DNA of 64,000 nt from a virus: the UHGV virus genome UHGV-0072281; one strand, given 5' to 3'. The number at the start of each line of letters is the position of its first letter. The first letter of the stretch is position 1. A program made the translations under genes and the position numbers. The notes beneath the pieces were generated by a model. It made no database searches, was not told the origin of the DNA, and saw only the letters and a list, made by a program, of their open reading frames with translations. Positions 48,883 through 58,379 of this stretch are shown piece by piece.

Positions 48883-49395
48883 GTGGAACAATTCACGCCA
48901 GATTTGTCGTTAACTTCACTTAACATGGTTATTTCACTGGTTAACCATGACCTCCAACTTGACTTGCAAGAGAATGAGGTCGAAGTCAGTGACGTAAAGA
49001 CCAGTGACGAAATGGAACGTGACACCACTGCTGTTGTAAAGATAAAACGTTCTGGTAACAGAACGTTACAAATCTACTACAACCGTTTAACTGCAGAGCG
49101 GTGGTTAAACCGACAACCTGTACTTGTAAAAGTAACAGGCGAAGGGTTTAATGCGCACGATCTAATCGAATCCATCAACACCGTTTGTGGTGCTAACTTA
49201 CAAACCGACGATTTAACCGACCAGTCGTTCACGGTGGGTAAAGACGCGGTAATATTTAGCATCGCTCCGAGTTCCCTCGGCTACAAAGGTCAGTTCTCCG
49301 TGGTGGTTTTCGGTCCAGATGAAACACCGTGTGGTATCGGTGACGATTCTGTCGTGCTAACGTTTGACAATAAAATCTTAACCTTTGGAGAGTAA
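48883..49395 (+). CDS. fibre-associated protein, paralogue 2
   Basis: GTG start with AGGAGGT upstream; paralogous to 42589; precedes fibre 2. Confidence 0.55.
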   Translation: MEQFTPDLSLTSLNMVISLVNHDLQLDLQENEVEVSDVKTSDEMERDTTAVVKIKRSGNRTLQIYYNRLTAERWLNRQPVLVKVTGEGFNAHDLIESINTVCGANLQTDDLTDQSFTVGKDAVIFSIAPSSLGYKGQFSVVVFGPDETPCGIGDDSVVLTFDNKILTFGE

Positions 49396-49398
49396 TAG

Positions 49399-51531
49399 AT
49401 GAGTCAGCCAATTGGAAAGAAGCGTATTCATGAGCTGGAAACATTTGAAGGTGAATTAGCAGGAGTCGTTCTGCTGATGTCCAAAGACGACAAAGAATAT
49501 AAACTTGACGCATCTCGTTTACAAAACGATAAGCTGTATCTAGCTTGCGGTACACCTTTTCCTAAACTAGTATTCCAAAACGATAAAACACTTTACAATA
49601 TTAATCCGTACAGTGACTACGACACTTATGAAGTTTCTGCAAATAAAGGTCGGGTATCTAAAGTTACTCGTGCCACATTTAGCGTGATGGCTGGGTCTTT
49701 ATCGGTTGGCGAGAAAATACAACTTACAGTTACGCGCAATGGCGTACCATTTCAATTTGAAGTTACCGTATCGGGACCGCGTATCACTACTCCCACTTGG
49801 ACACTTCCAGTTAATGGCGGTAAATTGAGCGTAACGCCAACCTTTGAAGTAACTGACTATCAAGCCTATCCATATACCAACACCGGTAATCAACAGACCG
49901 CTGCCAGTTGGGAAATTTCCACTAGTGAAGATTTCTCAACTACAGTTTTCCAATCACTGAACGACACCGTCAACAAAACAACCATCAGTATCCCAGAAGG
50001 TAAGTTAGAACCAGGTCAAACTTACTACGCACGTGTTCGCTTCCATAACGCAGTAACCGAAAGTGATTGGTCCGTTGTTCAATTCTCAGTCGGCGAAGCA
50101 TTTATTCAGCGTCCTGCACTGATCGAACCCACCGTAGACATGGTGTTAAGCGCATCGAATATTACACTTAAAACTGATGTTTTTAAATGGGTCGGTGACG
50201 AACCTGCGGAGACCCACGTATCGACTGACTGGCAGGTTACTTACGGTAGCAACGATTTTGACGAAATGAATAATCTCGTTAACCAATTAGAAGATGCGAT
50301 TAACCTGACGTCGCTTAAATTACCGTCTGATCGGGTTTACGTTAATAACAGTTATCGTGCACGCGTGCGTTTTCGTGGTGAGAGAAGCGTCAGTGATTGG
50401 TCTGAACCTTTAACGTTCCGTGTAAGTCGCGGGAACGTACCAACAAGTGAATTCCAGTCAATTTCTGCTTCTGGATTTACAGGTAATTCAATCGGTGCTG
50501 AGTTGGCATGTACTGACGACGGTTTGCTGTTTGCTGCTACTGGCGTTGCACAGAAAGCGAAATTCTTACATATCTTTAAGAAAGACTTCCCGTCTTACAA
50601 CAAAGTTGCCTCTTTAACAGCTGCTACTGAGGTTGACGCAGACAGAGATGGTCGCTGTCCGGTCAGTATGTCAGCCGACGGTAAGATTATTGTTGTCGGT
50701 GTTAGCGCATCTAAAGCTAACGAAGACCACGGCGAAGTTATCGTTTACCGTAACCCAGATAACGCTGAGTGGAGTACAATCAACGGAATAACTTTAGCGG
50801 GATTACCCACAGAAGGGTTCCATGGCCTTGCAGTAAAACTGTCAAAAGACGGCAATCGTTTGATTGTGGGTAACGGTACGAAAGTGCTGTCTATGTATTC
50901 CAATACCGATCAATTTGCTACACGTACGGCTGTGTCGCCGACACTAAGTGCCGAAGACGCCACTTGTGGTGGTATTGGTAGCATTGCAATGTCTGAAGAC
51001 GGTAACGGTTTAGTGCTTGGCGAAACTAACGGAACGAAATTCCACGTACTGGCTTGGGAATCGGATAGTTGGGTGACTAAGGCATCTATTACACCAAAAG
51101 ACTTGACTGAGAAAGCAACGATTAAAGTCGCTGCTTCTTCTGACTTGTCTACGATTCTTGTTTCTGTAGTTGAGACACACAAATACTACGTTTACAAGAA
51201 AACCGGTGATAGTTGGTCTCTGTTCCAAACCTTGGATTATACCGAACTGGATTACTCCATTACTTCTACCCGTTACCCGACGGGAGACATTAATGTTGCG
51301 CCTTCCGGAAGCTGGTTAATTTTCGGTATGGTGGGTTCGTTGGGTTCTATTTTCGAATTTCGTAATAGTACCTACCAACGACAAAATAGCATTTACGGCA
51401 GTAGTCTTAGCGATCCTGAGAATTACCACTTCTATACGTCACAAGCCATCAGTGCACAAAACGATTTGTTCGTCGGTGCTGATGTTAAAGAAAGTGCTTC
51501 GTACTTCCCACAAATCAAAGTTTACATGTAA
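49399..51531 (+). CDS. second tail fibre or receptor-binding protein (710 aa)
   Basis: N-terminal ~45 aa homologous to fibre 1 (KKRIHELE...GVVLLMSKDDKEYKL); two tandem domains ending Y-ARVRF...SDWS; C-terminal repeated S-x-DG-x-x-IVVG blade-like motifs. Confidence 0.7.
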   Translation: MSQPIGKKRIHELETFEGELAGVVLLMSKDDKEYKLDASRLQNDKLYLACGTPFPKLVFQNDKTLYNINPYSDYDTYEVSANKGRVSKVTRATFSVMAGSLSVGEKIQLTVTRNGVPFQFEVTVSGPRITTPTWTLPVNGGKLSVTPTFEVTDYQAYPYTNTGNQQTAASWEISTSEDFSTTVFQSLNDTVNKTTISIPEGKLEPGQTYYARVRFHNAVTESDWSVVQFSVGEAFIQRPALIEPTVDMVLSASNITLKTDVFKWVGDEPAETHVSTDWQVTYGSNDFDEMNNLVNQLEDAINLTSLKLPSDRVYVNNSYRARVRFRGERSVSDWSEPLTFRVSRGNVPTSEFQSISASGFTGNSIGAELACTDDGLLFAATGVAQKAKFLHIFKKDFPSYNKVASLTAATEVDADRDGRCPVSMSADGKIIVVGVSASKANEDHGEVIVYRNPDNAEWSTINGITLAGLPTEGFHGLAVKLSKDGNRLIVGNGTKVLSMYSNTDQFATRTAVSPTLSAEDATCGGIGSIAMSEDGNGLVLGETNGTKFHVLAWESDSWVTKASITPKDLTEKATIKVAASSDLSTILVSVVETHKYYVYKKTGDSWSLFQTLDYTELDYSITSTRYPTGDINVAPSGSWLIFGMVGSLGSIFEFRNSTYQRQNSIYGSSLSDPENYHFYTSQAISAQNDLFVGADVKESASYFPQIKVYM

Positions 51532-51540
51532 GGAAACGCG

Positions 51541-52101
51541 ATGAAATATGCTTATTTAAAAGACGGTAATGTGATCGACTGGAATGTTACCGAAGACATG
51601 ATTGCTTTGCGTGGCCACACTGTAGATATTTATACGCCTGTAGTAGAATCTGCTAAACCGGTTGTTAACCCTGATTGTTATATCGTGTTCGAAACAACAC
51701 CAAAACTGGTAAAAGGCAAGCTGGTTCAACAGTGGGTGACTGAAGTGCTGCCTAAAGAAACGGTAGTACGTAACCAGAAGGCACGTTTAGCGGAAATTCG
51801 TTATGCGAAAGAAACTGCCGGGATTACGTTTAAAGACCAAACTATTCCTACGACACGTGATGTACGTTATCAGTTAATTCAGTCTAAACACGTTGATTCT
51901 ACGCAACCTATTAACTGGAAGCTAGGCGATACGTGGCTAAGTCTTACTCAGGAAGACATTGATGCGCTGCTGGTTGCAATCGCAACTTATGTTGAGAAAT
52001 GCTACGCGGCAGAACGCACAGTCTCCGAGAAAATCACTAAGGTGAAAGCACCTGAAAAACTGGATGTAGAAACCTTATTTAACGACGCTTTCGCAGCGTA
52101 A
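51541..52101 (+). CDS. possible tail fibre assembly or chaperone protein (186 aa)
   Basis: Position directly after a fibre gene; faint resemblance to Tfa-type chaperones. Weak. Confidence 0.3.
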   Translation: MKYAYLKDGNVIDWNVTEDMIALRGHTVDIYTPVVESAKPVVNPDCYIVFETTPKLVKGKLVQQWVTEVLPKETVVRNQKARLAEIRYAKETAGITFKDQTIPTTRDVRYQLIQSKHVDSTQPINWKLGDTWLSLTQEDIDALLVAIATYVEKCYAAERTVSEKITKVKAPEKLDVETLFNDAFAA

Positions 52102-52105
52102 CACG

Positions 52106-52147
52106 GTAGCAGGGGCTAAGCCCCTGCTACCTTTTTCTTTATTTTTT
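52106..52147 (+). terminator. rho-independent terminator
   Basis: gtagcagggg-ctaag-cccctgctac hairpin followed by a long T-rich run. Confidence 0.8.
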
Positions 52148-52148
52148 C

Positions 52149-52192
52149 TCAGATATATATTACCTAGAGGAGAGTGAAATTTACATTCACTC
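52149..52192 (+). promoter_or_regulatory. conserved phage promoter motif plus hairpin (gagtgaa/ttcactc)
   Basis: Copy 3 of TCAGATATATATTACCTAG; directly after a terminator. Confidence 0.55.
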
Positions 52193-52221
52193 CATTAGTT
52201 ATAGCCGAAAAGGAGGATTAG

Positions 52222-53073
52222 ATGTATCACCCGTATTATCTCCCGCACATTCTAGCAAATAGAGACCCTGGTTATTACTACGAACAAACAAAAGGATCTT
52301 TTAATCGGCTCTACATTCGCGAATTTAATACTGATGAAATGACCGATGACCAGTATCTGGAGTATCTAAAAGACCTCTACGGTTTTTCAAAATCGAATAA
52401 AGGTGGCTTTGGACGTTCCGCAGTTATTAGAGTTGGTGAATATCGTCATTTGGCTAAGCCCGTTACGTATCCTATTGTTACACGCGCTTATACATCGGAT
52501 AGGCAATATATTGCTGAACTAAAATTTCCTTTACGGATAGACGGGCCACAAATTAGCGCTATAGAAGTAGAAATTCAACCAATTGCTGAAGACTATATTG
52601 AAGTCTACTTCAAGAAAGCTAAAGAGGTACTCGAGGAGGGTTTAAGCTACTATGAAGAAGGAACGATTTGTCTTCTTTCGTTACTCACGAAGGCTTATGT
52701 CACAGCAAATTTCCGTATCTCCGACTCCAGTGACTATAACACATTTACCCCCTCTAAGGCAAAACCTGTTTATTGGGACGATCAGTTAGTCGACAGACAA
52801 CGCTGGCTTACTATCTTAGATAAAGTAAAATTCGAACCCCCTAAACACACTGAAGACAACTTTATTCTATCCCACAACTTCGAACCGATCTATATTCCGA
52901 CGCATTTTGAGCAAGCCTTACGTCATCGATTGAAGTATGTGTTGGAATTACGGTACGGGAAGATAAATGGGCTAACTTGTTCTGGTGAATTGAGTGAAGA
53001 AGAACGCGAGAAGATAAAAATCGTGTTTGATAAGTTGGTTGAAGATTACATTAAGAAGGAAGGACAGTTATGA
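52222..53073 (+). CDS. hypothetical protein (283 aa)
   Basis: AAGGAGGA RBS; first gene after the promoter motif. Confidence 0.6.
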   Translation: MYHPYYLPHILANRDPGYYYEQTKGSFNRLYIREFNTDEMTDDQYLEYLKDLYGFSKSNKGGFGRSAVIRVGEYRHLAKPVTYPIVTRAYTSDRQYIAELKFPLRIDGPQISAIEVEIQPIAEDYIEVYFKKAKEVLEEGLSYYEEGTICLLSLLTKAYVTANFRISDSSDYNTFTPSKAKPVYWDDQLVDRQRWLTILDKVKFEPPKHTEDNFILSHNFEPIYIPTHFEQALRHRLKYVLELRYGKINGLTCSGELSEEEREKIKIVFDKLVEDYIKKEGQL

Positions 53074-53513
53074 AACCAAATACTACTAACGGCATTATGT
53101 TACTTTGTGATTCTGAAACGTTAGCAAACCGTATTCGTGGTTTGATGCAAGTACGTTGGCAGCAAAAGGTTCGCGTGGATTATGCTGCTCCGTTTGTTCA
53201 CGTTAGTTGGTTGCCAGAAGCTAACGATTTCAAAGAAAATATCACCACGAAAAGAATTAAAAATTGGTTAATGGCAATCATTAACAAACAGATTACCGTT
53301 ATCAATTTCCAGTTGTTCGGTAGTAAAGAGGAACATGATACCTTAAAACGCTGTTTAAGGGGATTGGATCTTGCCTTTTCTGTTCGTGGAAATTGTTACA
53401 CAGCGTTCTTCATCGGTTCTCTCGAGTTATTTCAGGGAACATTAAACATTCAACTAAAAGAAGATTACGGGATTGTAAATAAGATTGATTTCGAATTCCC
53501 AGCAATGATTTAA
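53070..53513 (+). CDS. hypothetical protein (147 aa)
   Basis: ATGA overlap with upstream gene. Confidence 0.5.
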   Translation: MKPNTTNGIMLLCDSETLANRIRGLMQVRWQQKVRVDYAAPFVHVSWLPEANDFKENITTKRIKNWLMAIINKQITVINFQLFGSKEEHDTLKRCLRGLDLAFSVRGNCYTAFFIGSLELFQGTLNIQLKEDYGIVNKIDFEFPAMI

Positions 53514-53524
53514 GGAGTAGTAGC

Positions 53525-54352
53525 ATGTTACAGTTCGAACTCACCGAAGAAAGAAAAGTCGTTAACGAGTTTAAAATTTCCCCTATCCCTACCGAAAAAC
53601 AAATTAAAGAAATCGCTGAGTTACAAAATAAGTACAGCTTTTACTATAAAGTTAAATCGGAAACATTTAATATTTTCTGGACCGAAGACGAGGTCAATTT
53701 CCCTAACAAACTCATTAATGCGGCTCTAGATATTTTAGTACGGCCTGTTGAGACGTCTAAAGATCCAGAACAAACCACTTGTAGGTTGAAAGTCGAGCGC
53801 CCAGCGAAGGATGTTGCTTACTTCACAGACGAGATTCTACTTACCTCCAAACAGGCAGGTAAAATTGGATCAATATTATACCTTTTTTACAGCGACAAAT
53901 TCACTTATCTGGTTGAAAACAACGTACTTAAAGTGAACTATGAATATGCTAGTTATCGTGTTCTTTTAAATCAACTATTGGAAGACATAGAGGGAGAAAA
54001 TGTTCTGGTATTTACAGTTGAATATATTAGCAAAGCCGATGCTGGCGAGTTTATCCGCCGCGTGAAAGATGAACTCGAAGACCGTGAATTTATGATTTAT
54101 CAAAGCAAATATCTTGAAGGTAACTTGAATCTCTTGATCAGAAACGAATCATGGATTCTTAAAGTTTTGGAATCCCATGCGCAGAAAATTAAGAGAGGCA
54201 GTGATTGTTTTAAACAAATTTTCGAGAAATACGAAACGGAAATTAGACAACGGCTTGCATCCCACTGGGCCGTAGATCAGGATGTGGAATACGCCCAGCT
54301 ATTTGATAAGTTTTATAACGAGATGAGGAGGGTTTGGGATCTTAAACAATAG
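53525..54352 (+). CDS. hypothetical protein (275 aa)
   Basis: ORF with AGGAG upstream. Confidence 0.55.
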   Translation: MLQFELTEERKVVNEFKISPIPTEKQIKEIAELQNKYSFYYKVKSETFNIFWTEDEVNFPNKLINAALDILVRPVETSKDPEQTTCRLKVERPAKDVAYFTDEILLTSKQAGKIGSILYLFYSDKFTYLVENNVLKVNYEYASYRVLLNQLLEDIEGENVLVFTVEYISKADAGEFIRRVKDELEDREFMIYQSKYLEGNLNLLIRNESWILKVLESHAQKIKRGSDCFKQIFEKYETEIRQRLASHWAVDQDVEYAQLFDKFYNEMRRVWDLKQ

Positions 54353-54432
54353 GCCGAAGATCATTTCCGTAAGTATTAAACAGGGGGATTTACGTCCCCT
54401 CAACACAGAGCAAACCCCTAAAGGAGCATTAA

Positions 54433-54948
54433 ATGTCAGTAAATATTAACATGAATCTTTATACTAAACGTGAACGTCAGATTCTGGCGAATCAACCCGG
54501 TGTTACGACTATTGACGGTAAACCCATTGACCGTTTAAAAGTTATCGTTGCGCGAAATTGCCATGAACGCGATTGGGACATTACCTACTTCCGTTGTTGT
54601 TCGGTCGCAAACGCGCTTACCCAACTCTCCAACTACCACCCAGGGCCGTTATTAAAAGACTGGGTTTGGTTAGTACCCAAAACACCTTCGGCGATTGAAT
54701 ACCCCTCAGGGTTGGTTTATATCCGTCCTGTTGCTTATCCAGAACGTCTGAAAGAGTATCTTGAAGTTATCTGGAACCGTCCTCGTAAAGAGCTGGTGAC
54801 GATCATTAATTTACTGCAACAGATCGATATCCCCGGAGTTTTGAATTTGAAACTCACGTCTCGCGATATTAACCAGGCTTACTGGGAACTAGAGTGGACA
54901 GAACCGAAATTCGAAAACACTAACCGTATTTTCTTGCACCGGGGGTAA
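54433..54948 (+). CDS. hypothetical protein (171 aa)
   Basis: AAGGAG RBS. Confidence 0.55.
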   Translation: MSVNINMNLYTKRERQILANQPGVTTIDGKPIDRLKVIVARNCHERDWDITYFRCCSVANALTQLSNYHPGPLLKDWVWLVPKTPSAIEYPSGLVYIRPVAYPERLKEYLEVIWNRPRKELVTIINLLQQIDIPGVLNLKLTSRDINQAYWELEWTEPKFENTNRIFLHRG

Positions 54949-54950
54949 AA

Positions 54951-55232
54951 ATGTTAAATTGGTTGTTGGGTTTAATTAACTCACGTCAACAGGAGCTTTA
55001 TAAAGAAAACACACGATTACGGCAGGAACTTAATAACAATCGTCAGACCAAACGACAATTAATTCGGATGGTAAAACAACAGGCGCGTTGTATACGGGAT
55101 ATCGATTATCAGTATCACCGTCTGAATACCTTAGACCCAACAACAAAAGCTTTAGGTAGTACGATTGGACACGCACGTAAAGTCAGTCACGATGCGTTAG
55201 TTCGAATCGATACAATAGAAGAGAAACTGTGA
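54951..55232 (+). CDS. small hypothetical protein (93 aa)
   Basis: Coupled to upstream gene. Confidence 0.45.
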   Translation: MLNWLLGLINSRQQELYKENTRLRQELNNNRQTKRQLIRMVKQQARCIRDIDYQYHRLNTLDPTTKALGSTIGHARKVSHDALVRIDTIEEKL

Positions 55233-55275
55233 TTAGCACTCCCTCGGTTTTCCCGAGGGAGATAAGGTGTTTTGC

Positions 55276-55665
55276 ATGAAGCGTTTATCTTACTTAAAAA
55301 GACGTTTGTTACTAAAGGTCCAATTATTCATCAATGGGAAAGTTAAAAACTGGCTATGTGGTGAAAGGGTACAACGTATCGTCAGTGAGGGCGACTGGTA
55401 TACGGAAATCGTGGTTTCCCCAAATGGCGAGCTTATAAACGTTACCATTCGTGACGTTTTGGTTAAGATTGGCAGGGAAGGTGGTTTGCTGTTTGAATCG
55501 GAAACTACAAAAGTCGTTGCTAAACAATTGAAAGAAGGTCGGATTATATTCAACGTTGCTGCCCAAAAATACTACGACAATTTATTCGAATGTCAACGAG
55601 CAATAGGCAGAATGACTCGTGAGATGCGAAGAATGCACATCACGGAGATCACTATAGGAGTTTAA
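55276..55665 (+). CDS. hypothetical protein (~129 aa)
   Basis: ATG 55276 (track start is a GTG). Confidence 0.45.
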   Translation: MKRLSYLKRRLLLKVQLFINGKVKNWLCGERVQRIVSEGDWYTEIVVSPNGELINVTIRDVLVKIGREGGLLFESETTKVVAKQLKEGRIIFNVAAQKYYDNLFECQRAIGRMTREMRRMHITEITIGV

Positions 55666-55667
55666 CG

Positions 55668-55976
55668 ATGGAAAATAAAATCGCAAACACAACGGCACCT
55701 GAGAACATCGTCAACTATATTCTCAGTGGCGGGTTATTAGAAGACAACAAAGAAACGTGCGATAAACTCGTTTCACAACTACTGCCTATTCGTTCAGAAT
55801 ACTGCGAAATCGTTATCTTAGGTTCTGAGTATTGCGTACGTTCTTACTGTCGTCGTTTCGAAGCCTTACGCGTTCCACGTACGTTAGGTGGCGTGATACT
55901 CTTAGTCTCTAACTTTCACAGTGCACACGTTCGTGTTGCAACCTGGATTGCAAACGGTGGCGATAATGGTTTTTAA
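55668..55976 (+). CDS. hypothetical protein (102 aa)
   Basis: Coupled start. Confidence 0.45.
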   Translation: MENKIANTTAPENIVNYILSGGLLEDNKETCDKLVSQLLPIRSEYCEIVILGSEYCVRSYCRRFEALRVPRTLGGVILLVSNFHSAHVRVATWIANGGDNGF

Positions 55977-56077
55977 TTTATTTAAACGTAAGGAATGTCC
56001 TGTCTGCGAAACCTGCGAAAAAAATTATCTCTACGCAAGATGAGCTAATCAAACAGCAAGATAAGTTGCTCACTGAA

Positions 56078-56254
56078 ATGGGCGAACTCTATTTTAAACT
56101 TTGTGCTATTACCGAACTGGTTAGTGAAGGTGTGTTAACGAAAGACGGTGGATTAGAGTTGGTCAAGAAGGCAACGATTCACTGTCGTCCTGAAGTAGAA
56201 AAATATAAACTTGAAGTGAAACGTGAAATGTGGGAGATTATTAATGAAGCGTGA
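56078..56254 (+). CDS. small hypothetical protein (~58 aa)
   Basis: ATG 56078 in frame with track ORF; weak. Confidence 0.35.
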   Translation: MGELYFKLCAITELVSEGVLTKDGGLELVKKATIHCRPEVEKYKLEVKREMWEIINEA

Positions 56255-56525
56255 AACAGTTGTATTTCGTAGTAATGGTGATGTGGTTTTGTATCGTGGT
56301 AAGAAACGTATTCGTACGTTAGAATACCGTGAAGCAAAACGTTTTGTTGAAGAGTGTGCATGGTTAATGCATTACGAAGGGAACTATCGTGCTATCTTAG
56401 AAGCTCCGCGTTTAGAACGTGCGGTTGCACAGATGGCAATAGGTAATCCTAAGAACTGTTACCTGGCCCGTAAGCCAAAATACTTACAGCGTCTTTCGTT
56501 AGGCAGCTTTATTGCTGGATTTTAA
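56244..56525 (+). CDS. small hypothetical protein (~93 aa)
   Basis: ATG overlaps upstream stop. Confidence 0.4.
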   Translation: MKRETVVFRSNGDVVLYRGKKRIRTLEYREAKRFVEECAWLMHYEGNYRAILEAPRLERAVAQMAIGNPKNCYLARKPKYLQRLSLGSFIAGF

Positions 56526-56536
56526 TAAAAATAATT

Positions 56537-56578
56537 TCAGATATATATTACCTAGGTGAGAGTTCAGTTACTCTCACT
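56537..56578 (+). promoter_or_regulatory. conserved phage promoter motif plus hairpin (gtgagagt/actctcac)
   Basis: Copy 4 of TCAGATATATATTACCTAGGTGAGAG. Confidence 0.55.
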
Positions 56579-56607
56579 TAACCAAAACCATTTTAGGAGC
56601 ATATACC

Positions 56608-57102
56608 ATGAACTTCACTAGACTTGACTACACTAACGAATTAGTCGACAAAGAAAAATACAAATTCACCGTTGGCTTGGGTTACGGATTACTGGACGTA
56701 GAAAAAGACGTCCTGCACAAAGAATTCCGTGAACAGTTCGGTGCTCTGTTCTGCGCAGGTTTCCGCAGAAACACTATCGATATCGGTTATAGCGCAACAG
56801 CGTATACCGACGAAGAAATGTTTAAGCTGGTAACACAGATTATCGGTACGCGTGGAGCCAAACGACTCAACTATTCCAACGAACTTGTTTCGAAAGAACA
56901 TTACAAGTTCACCGTTAGACTACCTGTTCCCCTCACAGAAGAGGATAAGAACATCCTCTATAAAGCCCTTCAAACCGAATTCGGTAAAACGCTCAAAGTA
57001 GGGTTCCGTAATCGTAGTATCGATATCGGAATTAGTGTAGACGTATGCAGTGACGATGACCTTTACGAACTAGTTTCGGAAGTTATCGGAAAACATCTTT
57101 AA
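56608..57102 (+). CDS. hypothetical protein built from two tandem ~80-aa repeats (164 aa)
   Basis: AGGAG RBS; the two halves align (L-x-Y-x-NELV-x-KE-x-YKFTV...FG...GFR-x-x-IDIG...LVS...IG). Confidence 0.6.
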   Translation: MNFTRLDYTNELVDKEKYKFTVGLGYGLLDVEKDVLHKEFREQFGALFCAGFRRNTIDIGYSATAYTDEEMFKLVTQIIGTRGAKRLNYSNELVSKEHYKFTVRLPVPLTEEDKNILYKALQTEFGKTLKVGFRNRSIDIGISVDVCSDDDLYELVSEVIGKHL

Positions 57103-57145
57103 CGTAAATTAACACTTCGACTTGTAAATCTAAAAGGAAAATAAA

Positions 57146-57937
57146 ATGGCTACTTTAACTATTGCTAATACTCTTACTCCTCGTAAAATGAAACGTCTTA
57201 CGACTTTTATCTCTCGCTGCACACCTAGCGTCAAATTGGAAACGACCTCTGACAAAATCACGTTTTGGACTTATAGTGACGTAGAACTTGAAACTGTGAA
57301 AGGGTTTGTTAATGGGCTAGTTGAAAATACCGCATCATCACTCGTTATTAGCTTCACTAGCGAAAATAGCGAGATGAACGAAGCAACAATTTCGGATGCA
57401 ATCTATTACGCGACTGGCAATAATTTTGATACCGCCGACAGACTTAATCTTTCTAATAACCTTTGTAAAATCGACGACAAGACTTACATCCTGTATTTTA
57501 ATAGTCCGTTCCCACAAATCGGAGGTTTTAAACATTATCTTTCAATGAAACCTATCTTGGGTATAGAAGTTTTCTCTACGGATCTTGAAGACAATGTACA
57601 GCTAAACCGTATTCGTTATCGTGGTAAACGTCCAACCGAAACAGATTCTGAATACGGTGCTTGTGCTGAATGTATTCTGGTTCATAAAGATCGCTTCGCT
57701 TACTACAACCAAGACGATATTGAACGTCTTGTAGAAGCCGTCAATTTATACACTCGCGATTTTGCATTCCGATTGGTTTATAACACTTATCCGAATGGTG
57801 TAACGGCTTTCTATATCCCTCCCTACCTTTTCGACAAGGTTTATTGTATTCTGTCTAAAGAACTGGAAAAAATTAAACCGGTTTTCGTGGGCGAAGACGC
57901 TATGGCTTATATCAGGAGTGGTGCTAATGTCCTCTAA
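57146..57937 (+). CDS. hypothetical protein (263 aa)
   Basis: AAGGAAA upstream of ATG. Confidence 0.55.
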   Translation: MATLTIANTLTPRKMKRLTTFISRCTPSVKLETTSDKITFWTYSDVELETVKGFVNGLVENTASSLVISFTSENSEMNEATISDAIYYATGNNFDTADRLNLSNNLCKIDDKTYILYFNSPFPQIGGFKHYLSMKPILGIEVFSTDLEDNVQLNRIRYRGKRPTETDSEYGACAECILVHKDRFAYYNQDDIERLVEAVNLYTRDFAFRLVYNTYPNGVTAFYIPPYLFDKVYCILSKELEKIKPVFVGEDAMAYIRSGANVL

Positions 57938-58358
57938 ACTTAAAGATGAATTGCGTGATTACATTCGTAAATACCCAGCCAGTATTCCGGTACTGGCTTC
58001 ACTCTCTCTGTCGGGTATGGACCTTAATACCTTAACGGTAGAAAAATTCCACGAAGTGGTAAAATCATCGTACCAAATTGTTACCGATATGTCAGTGCGG
58101 AAACGTGCTGACTACCCAGACGGTGATTTCGGTACGGAGATGTTCACAGACTACGCAGTTGCGTATCTGATGGGACGTCACTTTATCGATAAACTCAATA
58201 CGGCTGTAGAAGGAGAAACAGTTTCGGAAATTGTCAATGCTTGGCAACAACGTACTGTGAGTGATGCTTACTGTCGTCAAGCCTTAAAGAAAATGTCGGC
58301 AGTAGCGCTAACCAATGACCAACGTGCTTTAGAGTTCCTTAAGCACAATTACGAATAA
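57918..58358 (+). CDS. hypothetical protein, paralogue of the 59642 gene (146 aa)
   Basis: Shared LKD-x-x-R-x-YIR, KR-x-R-x-x-YP-x-G and C-terminal L-x-x-L-x-HN pattern. Confidence 0.5.
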   Translation: MVLMSSKLKDELRDYIRKYPASIPVLASLSLSGMDLNTLTVEKFHEVVKSSYQIVTDMSVRKRADYPDGDFGTEMFTDYAVAYLMGRHFIDKLNTAVEGETVSEIVNAWQQRTVSDAYCRQALKKMSAVALTNDQRALEFLKHNYE

Positions 58359-58379
58359 TTTACCAAAAGGAAAAGTACC

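Noticed and set aside
56020-56040. A7 tract considered as a -1 frameshift slippery site
   Set aside because: The shifted frame stops within a few codons and no downstream ORF would be extended.
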